NCBI GenBank assembly: GCA_963665275.2
Contig: CAXXIN010000013.1
Coordinates: 96,001-160,000 of the forward strand
Length of the DNA stretch: 64,000 nt
Source: Negativicutes bacterium
GTDB taxonomy: Bacteria > Bacillota > Negativicutes > UBA1444
Direction of reading: 5' to 3'
Shown here in pieces: positions 51,098 to 60,519 of this stretch. The notes beneath the pieces are model-generated. The model had not been told where the DNA came from. It did not search any database and saw only the letters and a program-made list of their open reading frames with translations. Made by a program: the position numbers and the translations under genes. Numbering within the stretch: the first letter of the stretch is position 1; every line of letters begins with the position of its first letter.

Positions 51098-51139
51098 AAA
51101 AACAGCGCACTGCCTCTCACGAGACAATGCGCTGTTTTC
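51098..51139 (-). terminator. Intrinsic terminator after the transaldolase-family gene
   Basis: AAAACAGCGCA...TGCGCTGTTTT inverted repeat with T-tract. Confidence 0.65.
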
Positions 51140-51170
51140 ATTAGGATGCACAATGCGGCTCTACTTCAAA

Positions 51171-52250
51171 TTATTTGACAACGATCATAACCTTGCGAAT
51201 GATACCGAGCAGTTCGTCGTAGCCGCCCAAGAATTGCAGCAAGGTTCGGCAAGTGGCGCCGTAGGTTTCAAACTCCGCCGGGGTCAGGCCGTCAGGCTGG
51301 TAGGCCTTGTTGAATTCCGGCAGATGCGCGGACAATTGAGCGATGATTTTGGGGTCGACTGGTTTGTCGATACGGTTTTCCACGGTAATATCGGAAGCGT
51401 TGAATTTTTTGATCCAACCATGGGGAATCGTGAGCGAAACATCGCCGCCAATGAACTCCGACCAGTGGTGATGGTTGCGGTAAGCCGCCGCCAGCAGTTG
51501 CGTCCGGTACCCTTTTTCCTGATAGATCCGGTAAGCGTTTTTCATCACGGCCACCCCGGCCCAATCGAGACACTCTGGGTCCATGATAATTCCATCGCGG
51601 TCCACGACGACTTTTAACCAGTCATCCACCCGACCGACCATGAGAGTGCAGACAGGATGCATCAGGCTCGAGTCGAGGCCTTCCGCTTCGCGGCGTTTGA
51701 GGCCGCGTTCAACCGCTTCCGCCACCGCCAGAGCCTGGGCAACGGTGAAGCTCACGGTCGCATTGATGCTGACTCCCTGATAGGTCGCCTCTTCATAGGC
51801 CTTGATACCCGCCTGGGTGGCCGGCATCTTCACTTGCATGTTGGGCGCCAGTTTATTGAAACGCAGAGCTTGTTGCAACATGAGGTCGCTGTTTTTAAAG
51901 TATTTGGTGTTGGTTTGGATCGATATCCGGCCTTTTTGTCCTTTGGAGGTCACAAAGATCGGCTCCAGAATTTTTGCCCCGGCTACCGCCATTTCTTCAT
52001 TCAACGCCCAGGCGATGTCGTCTTCGCTGGCAGTGGGCATCTCGCGAATGAGTTCTTCGATTCTGCCTTTATAGGAATTCATTTCCTTCTGCAGCACTTC
52101 TTTCACGATGACCGGGTTGGTCGTGGCGCCCACCGCGCCGTATTCCATCGCATATGTCAGTTCAGGCACTGAACAGGAATCATTCCAAAAATCCGTAGGC
52201 GATGTGCATGCCATTTCATGCAGGGGACTTTTATATTGCGCTTTGTTCAT
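51171..52250 (-). CDS. Transaldolase / fructose-6-phosphate aldolase family protein
   Basis: WNDS, GATTNP, VKMPAT (Schiff-base Lys), INATVSF, MVGRVDD. Confidence 0.88.
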   Translation of the reverse strand: MNKAQYKSPLHEMACTSPTDFWNDSCSVPELTYAMEYGAVGATTNPVIVKEVLQKEMNSYKGRIEELIREMPTASEDDIAWALNEEMAVAGAKILEPIFVTSKGQKGRISIQTNTKYFKNSDLMLQQALRFNKLAPNMQVKMPATQAGIKAYEEATYQGVSINATVSFTVAQALAVAEAVERGLKRREAEGLDSSLMHPVCTLMVGRVDDWLKVVVDRDGIIMDPECLDWAGVAVMKNAYRIYQEKGYRTQLLAAAYRNHHHWSEFIGGDVSLTIPHGWIKKFNASDITVENRIDKPVDPKIIAQLSAHLPEFNKAYQPDGLTPAEFETYGATCRTLLQFLGGYDELLGIIRKVMIVVK

Positions 52251-52275
52251 TTTCTCTCCTTCTTTCGTCGTAATA

Positions 52276-53301
52276 TTATGGTTGCAACAAAATTTTATAT
52301 CCCTCTTTGTTGATGGCCATTTCAAATCCTCTTCGCCACTCTGTAAGCGGAAGTTTGGCGCTAATCAGCGGATTCACATTGACCTGTTTGAGTTCCAGCA
52401 TTCGCAGCGCCCGCACCCAGGAAGTTCGTTCCGAGGCATAGCTGTTGGTCATCACAATTTCTTTCTTCAAGGCCAGATCCATATCAAAGGCGATCTTCTT
52501 TCCAAACAAACCTACCTGCACATACATTCCGGTCTTCTTCAAAAGTTTCAGGCAGGTATCCGCCGATGGCGCAGCGCCCGCGCACTCAAAGGCAACATCG
52601 AAGCCACTTCCGTTCGTGATAATGGCTGATTTCGCGTAGACATCCTCCGCCTCAACGTCGATCACGGCAAACGCCCCGAGCTCAGACGCCAGTTGCAATC
52701 TTTCCTTATCGATAGAGGTGCCGGTCACAACCACCTTGCCCCCGCTGGCCATCGCCAGCTGCATGGTCAACAATCCCATCGTTCCGGGACCGGATACCAA
52801 TACGTAGTCACCGGCTTTGACAGTAGCCCGCTCGATAACGCTCCGAACGACGCAAGCCAGCGGCTCGCACAACGCTGCTTCGTCCAGCGATACCGTCTGT
52901 GGAATCTGGAAAGCCAGCTCTGCGGGCACAATGACATAGTCAGCCATCGCCCCATTCACCCCAGACCCTATGGAGAGCCGTTTCTCGCACAACATCAGCA
53001 GTCCTTCGTGACAATAGCTGCAATGCCCGCAAGTCACAACCGCAGTCAGTGAAACCACCCGGTCACCGGGTGCGAAGCCCTGAACGCCGTCTCCGACGTC
53101 TTCCACAATTCCTGAAAACTCATGCCCCAGGATGACTGGAAAACTGCTGGGATATTCATCAAGCATGATATGGATATCGGTGCCGCAGATTCCCGCAGCA
53201 TGGACCTTGATCTTTAGCTCCCCAGCTTCCGCAATAGGCTCCGAAACCTCCCGGATATCTACGCCGTCCGGTCCTTGACTCAGCTTGTGTAACCCTTTCA
53301 T
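52276..53301 (-). CDS. Zn-dependent (MDR) sugar-acid/polyol dehydrogenase
   Basis: GICGTD, GHEFSG, CGHCSYC-x7-C, EPLAC, GPGTMG. Confidence 0.92.
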   Translation of the reverse strand: MKGLHKLSQGPDGVDIREVSEPIAEAGELKIKVHAAGICGTDIHIMLDEYPSSFPVILGHEFSGIVEDVGDGVQGFAPGDRVVSLTAVVTCGHCSYCHEGLLMLCEKRLSIGSGVNGAMADYVIVPAELAFQIPQTVSLDEAALCEPLACVVRSVIERATVKAGDYVLVSGPGTMGLLTMQLAMASGGKVVVTGTSIDKERLQLASELGAFAVIDVEAEDVYAKSAIITNGSGFDVAFECAGAAPSADTCLKLLKKTGMYVQVGLFGKKIAFDMDLALKKEIVMTNSYASERTSWVRALRMLELKQVNVNPLISAKLPLTEWRRGFEMAINKEGYKILLQP

Positions 53302-53358
53302 TTCAAATACCTCCCGACCGTCTCTTTCTTCGACTCATTCGCTGCATTTTTGAGCTTT

Positions 53359-54636
53359 TTATTTCAATATTAAATTCGGAATATATATCGCCAACGGCGG
53401 GATGAGCGCCACGATAATAAGAGCCACAATCATGATTCCCACATAACTGGGGATGTACTGCAGCATGTCTTTCATTTTCACATCGCCGATCCCCATCGTG
53501 ATAAACAATATTCCTCCAACAGGTGGCGTCACTCCTGCATATACAAGCGTTACCACCATTACCAGGGCAAAGTGAATCGGATCGATGCCATACTGGGCGG
53601 CCAGGGGCATTAAGATGGGCGCAACGATGATCGTAGCGGCAATAGTTTCGATGAACATGCCAACGATCAGCAAAAAACCGATCAGCAGCAGCATAATGAC
53701 CTGCGGGCTCGACGTCAAGCTCGTCAAGTAACTGATTACAATTTGGGGCAGTTTCCCATAGGCAACAATCCAGCCCAGTATCGAGGCGCCGGCAATAATG
53801 AGCATTGCCATTGCTGTGGTTCCAGCCGCATTGAGTACAATCCTCGGTATGTCCCGTAAGTCAAATTCCTTGTAGACGAAAAATCCGATTGTGAATGCAT
53901 ATACGACGGCAACCGCACCGGCTTCGGTCGGTGTGAACGCGCCGATAATGATTCCGCCAATGATGAAGACAGGCATGATCAGCGCAAGAGACGCCTCTTT
54001 GGTCGCCTTCCATACCTCTAGGCGCGAACATTTTTCTTCACCCTTCAAATTGTATTTTTTGCCGTAGAAATAGGTCACACCCATTAATAAAAGGCCGATC
54101 AGAAGTCCCGGCACAATGCCCGCCAGAAATAGGGCGCCAATGGATATCCCTGTAAGCGAACCATAAATGATCATTGTTAGGCTGGGAGGAATGATCGGGC
54201 CGAGCGAGCCCGCACATGCCTGAATCATGGCAGCCATCGCTTTGGGATAGCCTTTTTTCTTCATGGCAGGGATTAGAATACTACCGACCGCTGCCGTGTC
54301 TGCGGCCGCCGAGCCGGAAACACCGGCGAATATCATACTGGTCAGGATGCAGACCATGCCAAGCCCTGCCGTAATATGTCCCACCAGGGCATAAGAGAAG
54401 TTAACCAGTCTGCGGGAGATTCCGCCGGTTTCCATGAACTCGCCGGCCAGCATGAAAAAGGGAATGGCCATCATGCTGAACGAATCAACCCCTACAAACA
54501 GTCGCTGTGGAATCAAGGTGATGGAGACATTCGTGGTAAACCAGAGCGCGGCGAGCGAAGCGATGCCCATCCCAAATGCGATTGGCACGCCGAGGAGCAA
54601 CATGATGGCGAAGACTAAAAATGTTAGTTCAAGCAT
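53359..54636 (-). CDS. dctM: TRAP transporter large permease
   Basis: AIPFFMLAG, FAGVSGSAAAD, IIPPS, FTPTEAG, TPPVG. Confidence 0.95.
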   Translation of the reverse strand: MLELTFLVFAIMLLLGVPIAFGMGIASLAALWFTTNVSITLIPQRLFVGVDSFSMMAIPFFMLAGEFMETGGISRRLVNFSYALVGHITAGLGMVCILTSMIFAGVSGSAAADTAAVGSILIPAMKKKGYPKAMAAMIQACAGSLGPIIPPSLTMIIYGSLTGISIGALFLAGIVPGLLIGLLLMGVTYFYGKKYNLKGEEKCSRLEVWKATKEASLALIMPVFIIGGIIIGAFTPTEAGAVAVVYAFTIGFFVYKEFDLRDIPRIVLNAAGTTAMAMLIIAGASILGWIVAYGKLPQIVISYLTSLTSSPQVIMLLLIGFLLIVGMFIETIAATIIVAPILMPLAAQYGIDPIHFALVMVVTLVYAGVTPPVGGILFITMGIGDVKMKDMLQYIPSYVGIMIVALIIVALIPPLAIYIPNLILK

Positions 54637-55111
54637 TTATGCCCATCCCTCTTTTTTCTTTCATCGCTAAATACCACTGGACCTGGGAAATCAGCATCCC
54701 CGCTGCCCCCACCGGGATGGCAAGATACACAATACCCATCGGAAACATGATGGAAGAAGAATACTGAGTCATGTTGACCAATGCCAGATCAAACCCTAGA
54801 ACAGCCACTAGGGCCAGAAACCCGGCGCTTAAGAGATTAACCAGCGTGAAAACAACGACCCATATCTTGTCTGGCAGCGATTCCAGAAACACGTCGAAGG
54901 TAATATTCATCCCCTTGCGTACGGTGATGATACCGCCGATATAGATCAGCCAGATGAATAGGAATCGCGCAACTTCCTCCGCCCAGGTCAGAGAATTCCC
55001 CACAATATATCGGAAAAACACTTGCATAAAAACGAGCAGCACGAGTGAAATGAACACAGTTACGATGAAAGCGTTCAGCGCCTTATTAACCAGTCTCACG
55101 ATATTATTCAT
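54629..55111 (-). CDS. dctQ: TRAP transporter small permease
   Basis: QVFFRY, WAEEVARFLFIW; four TM helices. Confidence 0.93.
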   Translation of the reverse strand: MNNIVRLVNKALNAFIVTVFISLVLLVFMQVFFRYIVGNSLTWAEEVARFLFIWLIYIGGIITVRKGMNITFDVFLESLPDKIWVVVFTLVNLLSAGFLALVAVLGFDLALVNMTQYSSSIMFPMGIVYLAIPVGAAGMLISQVQWYLAMKEKRGMGINA

Positions 55112-55160
55112 CCGAATTCTCCTTGCCTTGAAATACCAGTGCTCCAGGTATCGATTGGGA

Positions 55161-55192
55161 TGGCTGGGTTCGTCAGGCGACGAACCCAGCCA
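55161..55192. other. Perfect 14-bp stem-loop between dctP and dctQ
   Basis: TGGCTGGGTTCGTC-AGGC-GACGAACCCAGCCA, no U-tract; likely stabilises dctP mRNA. Confidence 0.65.
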
Positions 55193-55224
55193 CTATCTTC
55201 CAGGTACTGAGTCACTCTATGTAA

Positions 55225-56250
55225 TTATTGGGCTTTTTTGATTGCGTCAAGCAATGCCTGAGCATTGTTGTCCTTGACGAACTTCTCAACCATAGGAGCC
55301 GTTGCCTTCATATAAGGCGCCAGGTCAAGTTTGGTATATACGACGCCTTTGGCTGTGAGGTCTTTTCTGTTGGTTTCATCGATCTTAGTCGAAATTTCGT
55401 AGAAATATCCGATACTTTCGTCCGCAGCTTCGAGTATCGCTTTTTGAATATCCGCCGAAAGACCTGTGAACACTTTTTCGCTGATATTCAGCGAATCGCA
55501 GTTCATGTTATGGTTTGTTTCATATTGTTTTTTTGCCACTTCGGAAATTTTGATCGAGTTCAGGAATTCAGGTGTTCCTTCCATTCCATCGACTACACCC
55601 GTCTGGATGGCTGTATATGCTTCACCGGAAGGAATCGGGGTCGGATTGGCGCCAATGGCTTTGAAGTACTGTACAAGCACAGGCGATTCAGGAGTACGAA
55701 CTTTCACACCCTTGAAATCTTCGATCGATTTAATGTCTTTCTTCGCCAGGATTGTGCCCCGGAAAGCGACTCCAACGATCGTCAGTGATCTGATATTGGA
55801 TGCTTTCAGGATCTTATCACGAAGAATTTTTCCAGCCTCACCAGCCATGGCTTTTCTCACGTGTTGGGTATCTTTGAAAATATAGGGCAAATCGAGTATT
55901 CCCGCCGCCAAGTCGTAGTTGGCCAACAGACCTGTGTCAGCAATCGACATATCCATCGTTCCGATCTTCATCGATTCCAACAGATCTCTTTGTCCACCCA
56001 ATTGTCCATTGGGATAAATATCAACCTTAACTTTGCCATTGGTCTTTTTCGATAATAGTTCGGCGAATTTTTCAGCCTGTTTATTCAAACTATGGTCGGG
56101 AGTTAAATGATGCGCGAGTCGCAATGTGATAACTTTGGTATCATCTTTTTTCGTATCCGCTTTCTCTGGTCGCCCACACCCCGCAAAGACAAGTGCAACC
56201 ATCAGGATAGTCAGCAAAATCGGCAATAGTTTCGATACGCGTTTGAACAT
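55225..56250 (-). CDS. dctP: TRAP substrate-binding lipoprotein
   Basis: Lipobox FAGC, YPNGQLG, LDLPY, KVRTP (carboxylate-binding Arg), QTGVVDG. Confidence 0.93.
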   Translation of the reverse strand: MFKRVSKLLPILLTILMVALVFAGCGRPEKADTKKDDTKVITLRLAHHLTPDHSLNKQAEKFAELLSKKTNGKVKVDIYPNGQLGGQRDLLESMKIGTMDMSIADTGLLANYDLAAGILDLPYIFKDTQHVRKAMAGEAGKILRDKILKASNIRSLTIVGVAFRGTILAKKDIKSIEDFKGVKVRTPESPVLVQYFKAIGANPTPIPSGEAYTAIQTGVVDGMEGTPEFLNSIKISEVAKKQYETNHNMNCDSLNISEKVFTGLSADIQKAILEAADESIGYFYEISTKIDETNRKDLTAKGVVYTKLDLAPYMKATAPMVEKFVKDNNAQALLDAIKKAQ

Positions 56251-56413
56251 TTTCTCCATCCCCTTTATCCGATTTAATTTTCCCCCTACAAGTCCCCCTG
56301 AGCTGAACTCCCGCAAATTTACCGATTACCCCGCTCCTTTCATTTTTGTTATTTCATCAGAATTTATGCCAAATTCGCATCTGATAAGCGGCGTTGAATT
56401 CATTGTTACATTT

Positions 56414-56433
56414 TTTCGTAACCGGTTACGGAA
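56414..56433. promoter_or_regulatory. LacI-type operator O1
   Basis: TTTCGTAACCGGTTACGGAA, 1 mismatch to TTCCGTAACCGGTTACGGAA. Confidence 0.8.
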
Positions 56434-56498
56434 ATGTCGAATCGATACATATTTATTTTTCTTTTCCGCATATCCGAGCGATTGTCACCAAATTTCAT

Positions 56499-56518
56499 TA
56501 CCGGAACCGGTTACGGAA
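56499..56518. promoter_or_regulatory. LacI-type operator O2
   Basis: TACCGGAACCGGTTACGGAA, 2 mismatches; centre 85 bp from O1. Confidence 0.75.
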
Positions 56519-56530
56519 TCTGCCAAAAAA

Positions 56531-57535
56531 TTAAACCGGCAATGCTTTGGTCGATTTGCGGACTACCAAACTGACCTCAACATTCGGCGGCGAACTGACT
56601 TCACGACCTTCGATCATGTCGATCAGCATATGGGCGGCTAGTCTTCCTTTATTGCAGGCCTGCTGGTCAACTGTGGTCAAGGGGGGATTCAGCGATCCTG
56701 CCAGGGGGATATTGTCAAAGCCGACAATGGAGATATCATCAGGGACGCTTTTTCCAGCTTGCGTTGCCGCTCCTATGGCTCCGATTGCCATAAGGTCGCT
56801 TCCCACAAACACCGCTGTCACATCCGTATTCTGCAGCAGGCTCAGCATGGCATCATGTCCGCTGTCAATCGATGCAGCACCTTCACGGACCAACGTCTCA
56901 TCAAAAGCAATGTTATTATTTTTCAAAGCAGCGCAATAGCCGGCAAACCGGTCAGAACTACTGGCCAACAAGTTGTGGCCTTTGATAACGCCGATTCTTT
57001 TATGTCCCAGCTGAATCAAATGCTCGACCGCCAACGAGGCGCCCAGCATGTTATCCACTTCAACAAAATTGATATCAGGCACGTGAGGAATCCTGCTGGT
57101 AGAAACGAACGGCGCGCCGATTTCCTTCAACCGATCAACCATGTTTTTGTGGTCTTTGTTGGGACTGATGAGGATAAATCCCGGCACTTTCTTTTGTTTG
57201 AACACCGCAACATAATCTTCCTTGGCGTAGTGGCACAACAGCAGATGATAGCCGGCGGCATTGGTTTCCAGCGAAACGCCCCGCATGATTTCGGCGTTAA
57301 AGGGATTGGCGAAGATGTAGTTCGCATCATAGGGGATGATCAGGCCAATCGTGTTAATGACCCGTTTGTGTGCAATCGCCGTTGCCGATGCATTGGGCTG
57401 AAAATCATATTTTCGGATGAGCTCAGTAATTTTTTCCCTTGTATCCGGATTCACATCCGGCTTATTATTAATGACTCGCGAGACTGTAGTTTTCGAAACT
57501 CCTGCCATTTTGGCTATTTCCAAAATATTGGCCAT
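56531..57535 (-). CDS. LacI family regulator
   Basis: IAKMAGVSKTTVSRVIN, FQPN, DISIVGFD, PPLTTV. Confidence 0.95.
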   Translation of the reverse strand: MANILEIAKMAGVSKTTVSRVINNKPDVNPDTREKITELIRKYDFQPNASATAIAHKRVINTIGLIIPYDANYIFANPFNAEIMRGVSLETNAAGYHLLLCHYAKEDYVAVFKQKKVPGFILISPNKDHKNMVDRLKEIGAPFVSTSRIPHVPDINFVEVDNMLGASLAVEHLIQLGHKRIGVIKGHNLLASSSDRFAGYCAALKNNNIAFDETLVREGAASIDSGHDAMLSLLQNTDVTAVFVGSDLMAIGAIGAATQAGKSVPDDISIVGFDNIPLAGSLNPPLTTVDQQACNKGRLAAHMLIDMIEGREVSSPPNVEVSLVVRKSTKALPV

Positions 57536-57581
57536 GTTCCACCTCGAATAATCGCTTATTCCCCAAGATGATGCCGCACTC

Positions 57582-57635
57582 GATTCCGTAACCGGTTACG
57601 GAATCATCTTACATTACCGGAATCTTGCATGTCAA
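57582..57635 (-). promoter_or_regulatory. lacI-family gene promoter with perfect 24-bp operator (autoregulation)
   Basis: GATTCCGTAACC/GGTTACGGAATC at 57582-57605, directly downstream of TTGACA-N18-TAAGAT. Confidence 0.8.
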
Positions 57636-57695
57636 TATGATTTTGCAATTTTCTATTTTCGCCACTGTTGATTCTTCTGATTTCGCTATAACTGG

Positions 57696-57743
57696 ACAGA
57701 TCAAAAGCCTTTTCATGTTACTTTGAAAAGGCTTTTGATCTGT
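57696..57743. terminator. 20-bp inverted repeat after the amino-acid ABC operon
   Basis: ACAGATCAAAAGCCTTTTCA-N8-TGAAAAGGCTTTTGATCTGT. Confidence 0.65.
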
Positions 57744-57774
57744 TTCATTTAGGTTTTGCTCAATCGGATACTCT

Positions 57775-58536
57775 TTAGTTGGCTTGCAGCACCTTAGCCA
57801 AAAATTCCAGCGTGCGGGGGTGATCCGGCTGCGTGAAGATCTTCTCCGGCGGGCCCTGTTCGATGATCCGGCCCGCGTCCAGCACGACGATCGTATCGGC
57901 CACTTCCCGGGCGAAGCGCATCTCGTGGGTGACGATCGCCATCGTCATCCCTTCTTCCGCCAGCGCCCGCATAACTTGGAGCACCTCACCGACCATCTCC
58001 GGATCGAGCGACGAAGTTGGCTCGTCGAACAACATGATTTTGGGCTGCATGGCGAGAGCCCGTGCGATGGCCACCCGTTGTTTTTGCCCGCCCGACAGAC
58101 TGTAGGGCAGCACCTGTTCCTTTTCCGACAGCCCGACTTTTTTCAGCAGAGAGCGGCCCAATACGTCGGCCTCGGTCCGGCTCATCCCTTTCAGATCCAT
58201 CGGCGCCATCGTGATATTCTGCAGCACCGTTTTATGCGGGAAGAGATTGAACGCCTGGAAAACCATGCCCACTTCCTGCCGCATCCGGTTCAGTTCCTGC
58301 TGCGGCATCGGCGCCGATTTTCCATTCACAGCGCGGCGGCCGATCGGGTCGCCTTCGATGGTGATCTCCCCGTCCTCGTATTCTTCCAGATAGTTGATAC
58401 AGCGCAACAAGGTGCTTTTCCCCGAACCAGACGGGCCGATGATCACGACGACCTTGCCCCGGCCGATCTCCAGATCGATGTCCTTCAGCACATGGTGCGT
58501 TCCGAATGATTTGTTTACTTTGGCGATCTTGATCAC
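57775..58536 (-). CDS. Polar amino acid ABC transporter ATP-binding protein
   Basis: [37 protein letters not shown]. Confidence 0.95.
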   Translation of the reverse strand: MIKIAKVNKSFGTHHVLKDIDLEIGRGKVVVIIGPSGSGKSTLLRCINYLEEYEDGEITIEGDPIGRRAVNGKSAPMPQQELNRMRQEVGMVFQAFNLFPHKTVLQNITMAPMDLKGMSRTEADVLGRSLLKKVGLSEKEQVLPYSLSGGQKQRVAIARALAMQPKIMLFDEPTSSLDPEMVGEVLQVMRALAEEGMTMAIVTHEMRFAREVADTIVVLDAGRIIEQGPPEKIFTQPDHPRTLEFLAKVLQAN

Positions 58537-59207
58537 TGCAGTTCGCCTCCCGTCCGGAAGCGTTTTTCCAGATAAATCCCCAGCGCTCCGATCACATTAT
58601 TTAGTATGTAATACATCATGCTGACCGCGAGCAGGAATTCCAGTGTGCGGTACGTGTCCGCGATCAGAATGTTGGCCTGCCGGAACAGTTCCACCACCGT
58701 GATGGTGGACAGCAGAGATGAATTTTTGGTGAGGGAAATGAACTCATTGGTCAGCGGCGCCAGCATGCGCAGAATAGCCTGCGGTACAATGATCTTGACC
58801 ATCGTCTGCATATAGGAATAGCCCAGAGACCGCCCGGCTTCCATCTGCCCCCGGTCGATCGACTGCACGGCCCCCCGGACGATCTGCGAAGAGTAGGCTC
58901 CGCTGTACATTCCTAGAGCGATGACGCCCGAAAACCAGGCCACAGTGTCGATGCCGAAAACAATCGGCAACCCGTAGTAGAGCAGAAACAGCTGCACCAA
59001 AAGCGGTGTGGCCCGGAACCAGGACAGATAAAACAGGGACAGCCACCGCAGCGGCGCGAAGCGCGATATCTGACCAAACGCGATGATCGTGCCGATGACC
59101 AGGCTCAGAAAAAAGCCGGCGCAGGAATACACGATCGTCAGGCCCAGCCCGTGCAGCAGAAAGTTCAGATTCCGACCGAGAAAGATAACCGAGAAATCAA
59201 AGGTCAT
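58533..59207 (-). CDS. Polar amino acid ABC transporter permease
   Basis: [28 protein letters not shown]. Confidence 0.95.
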   Translation of the reverse strand: MTFDFSVIFLGRNLNFLLHGLGLTIVYSCAGFFLSLVIGTIIAFGQISRFAPLRWLSLFYLSWFRATPLLVQLFLLYYGLPIVFGIDTVAWFSGVIALGMYSGAYSSQIVRGAVQSIDRGQMEAGRSLGYSYMQTMVKIIVPQAILRMLAPLTNEFISLTKNSSLLSTITVVELFRQANILIADTYRTLEFLLAVSMMYYILNNVIGALGIYLEKRFRTGGELQ

Positions 59208-60001
59208 TCAAACCACTTCTTGACCAGCTTGTCATAAGTTCCATCAGCCTTGAGCTTCTTCAGGGCTTCATTAACGGCCTTCACCAGATCCTGGTCATCC
59301 TTGCGGATTCCATAGCCGTAGAACTCTTCCGTCAGGGTACCTGGCAATACTTTGGCCGTGCCTTTTTCTTTCGAATACGTTTTCGCAGCAGGTAGACCGG
59401 TGACCACTGCATCCACCTTGCCTGTTTCCAGTTCCATGAACATATCATTGTTGGTTTCGACCTTGACCAGCTTGATTTCTTTGAACTGCGGTTCTTCCAG
59501 ATACTTTGCCGACTTGGTGCCGATCTGCACCGTAACTTTCTTGCCGTTCAGGTCTTTGATCCCCTGAATGGTGTTATTGTCCTTTTTCACCATGATCGCC
59601 AATCCGCCAGGAAAATAGGTGTCCGAGAACGCGATGGTCTGTTTGCGTTCTTCCGTGATATACATGGCCGATACAATCAGGTCGAACTTCTTCGCGAGCA
59701 GACCCGGAATCAGGCCCTTGAATTCGGTATCCACATACTCGACTTTGTCGGCGCCCAGCTGTTTGGCCACCGCTTCCACCAGCTCGATGTCGAAACCGGT
59801 GTATTTGCCGTCCACTTTGAATTCGAAAGGTTTAAAGGTTGCATCCGTACCGACGGTGAACACCTTCGTCTGTTTGACCTTGTCCACCACGCCCTTGGGC
59901 GCCTCCGCTTTACCCGCCGCCGGGGCCGGGGTTGAACCTCCGCCGCATCCGGCTGTGACAACCATAACCAACAGAGCAATACTGAGCAGCATTTTTTTCA
60001 T
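59204..60001 (-). CDS. Polar amino acid ABC transporter substrate-binding lipoprotein
   Basis: Lipobox TAGC, FKPFE, GFDIEL, ITEERK, FSDTY, DGTYDKLVKKWF. Confidence 0.95.
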   Translation of the reverse strand: MKKMLLSIALLVMVVTAGCGGGSTPAPAAGKAEAPKGVVDKVKQTKVFTVGTDATFKPFEFKVDGKYTGFDIELVEAVAKQLGADKVEYVDTEFKGLIPGLLAKKFDLIVSAMYITEERKQTIAFSDTYFPGGLAIMVKKDNNTIQGIKDLNGKKVTVQIGTKSAKYLEEPQFKEIKLVKVETNNDMFMELETGKVDAVVTGLPAAKTYSKEKGTAKVLPGTLTEEFYGYGIRKDDQDLVKAVNEALKKLKADGTYDKLVKKWFE

Positions 60002-60034
60002 CCGTCTCTCCCCCTTCAAAATTACGCACCAGCG

Positions 60035-60099
60035 AAAAACAAAAACGACCGGTGCAGAAACCACGCCGCCGTGCCCCCTGCAACCGGACGTCACTGTCC
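60035..60099 (-). promoter_or_regulatory. Leader attenuator: ANTAR-type dual hexaloop overlapping an intrinsic terminator
   Basis: GGAC-AGUGAC-GUCC, 12-nt linker, CAC-GGCGGC-GUG; competing terminator stem followed by UUUUUGUUUUU. Confidence 0.7.
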
Positions 60100-60201
60100 C
60101 GCGTGCATTTTTTCACTACGAAATCAATATTACTATATCCGTGTATTCGACACAATATGTAGATAGCTGCAAACTGAATCTTAATACTTGTATACATTAA
60201 G

Positions 60202-60244
60202 AACAGAAGCCCGAAAGAAGAGATTCTTCTTTCGGGCTCTGTTT
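60202..60244 (-). terminator. Terminator of the mod operon
   Basis: AGCCCGAAAGAAGA-GAT-TCTTCTTTCGGGCT hairpin. Confidence 0.7.
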
Positions 60245-60271
60245 CATTCATTCTTGCTTTGATGTGATACT

Positions 60272-60475
60272 TTACTTCAATACCATCATTTCTGTTGCTT
60301 TGACCAGGGCTGTTACTTTGTCGCCCACTTTCAACTCCAGGTCATCCGCAGAATCGTTCGTAATAACGGCAACCAATTCATCGCCCTTGTAGTCCATGAC
60401 GATCTTGGCCATTACTCCGCCCCGGACGATTTCCGTAATCGTAGCCTGCAGTTTGTTTCTCCCGCTGATTTTCAT
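60272..60475 (-). CDS. Molybdenum-pterin-binding TOBE protein (Mop/molbindin)
   Basis: MKISGRNKL, IT..S...L.LKVGD.V.ALVKATE. Confidence 0.92.
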   Translation of the reverse strand: MKISGRNKLQATITEIVRGGVMAKIVMDYKGDELVAVITNDSADDLELKVGDKVTALVKATEMMVLK

Positions 60476-60519
60476 AACAACGCCTCCCTTGTATGATGTA
60501 ATAACTCCATTTTATCTTA

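Noticed and set aside
57696-57743. Long inverted repeat as a MITE or IS end
   Set aside because: It sits just downstream of an operon with no transposase or target duplication; a terminator is the simpler explanation.
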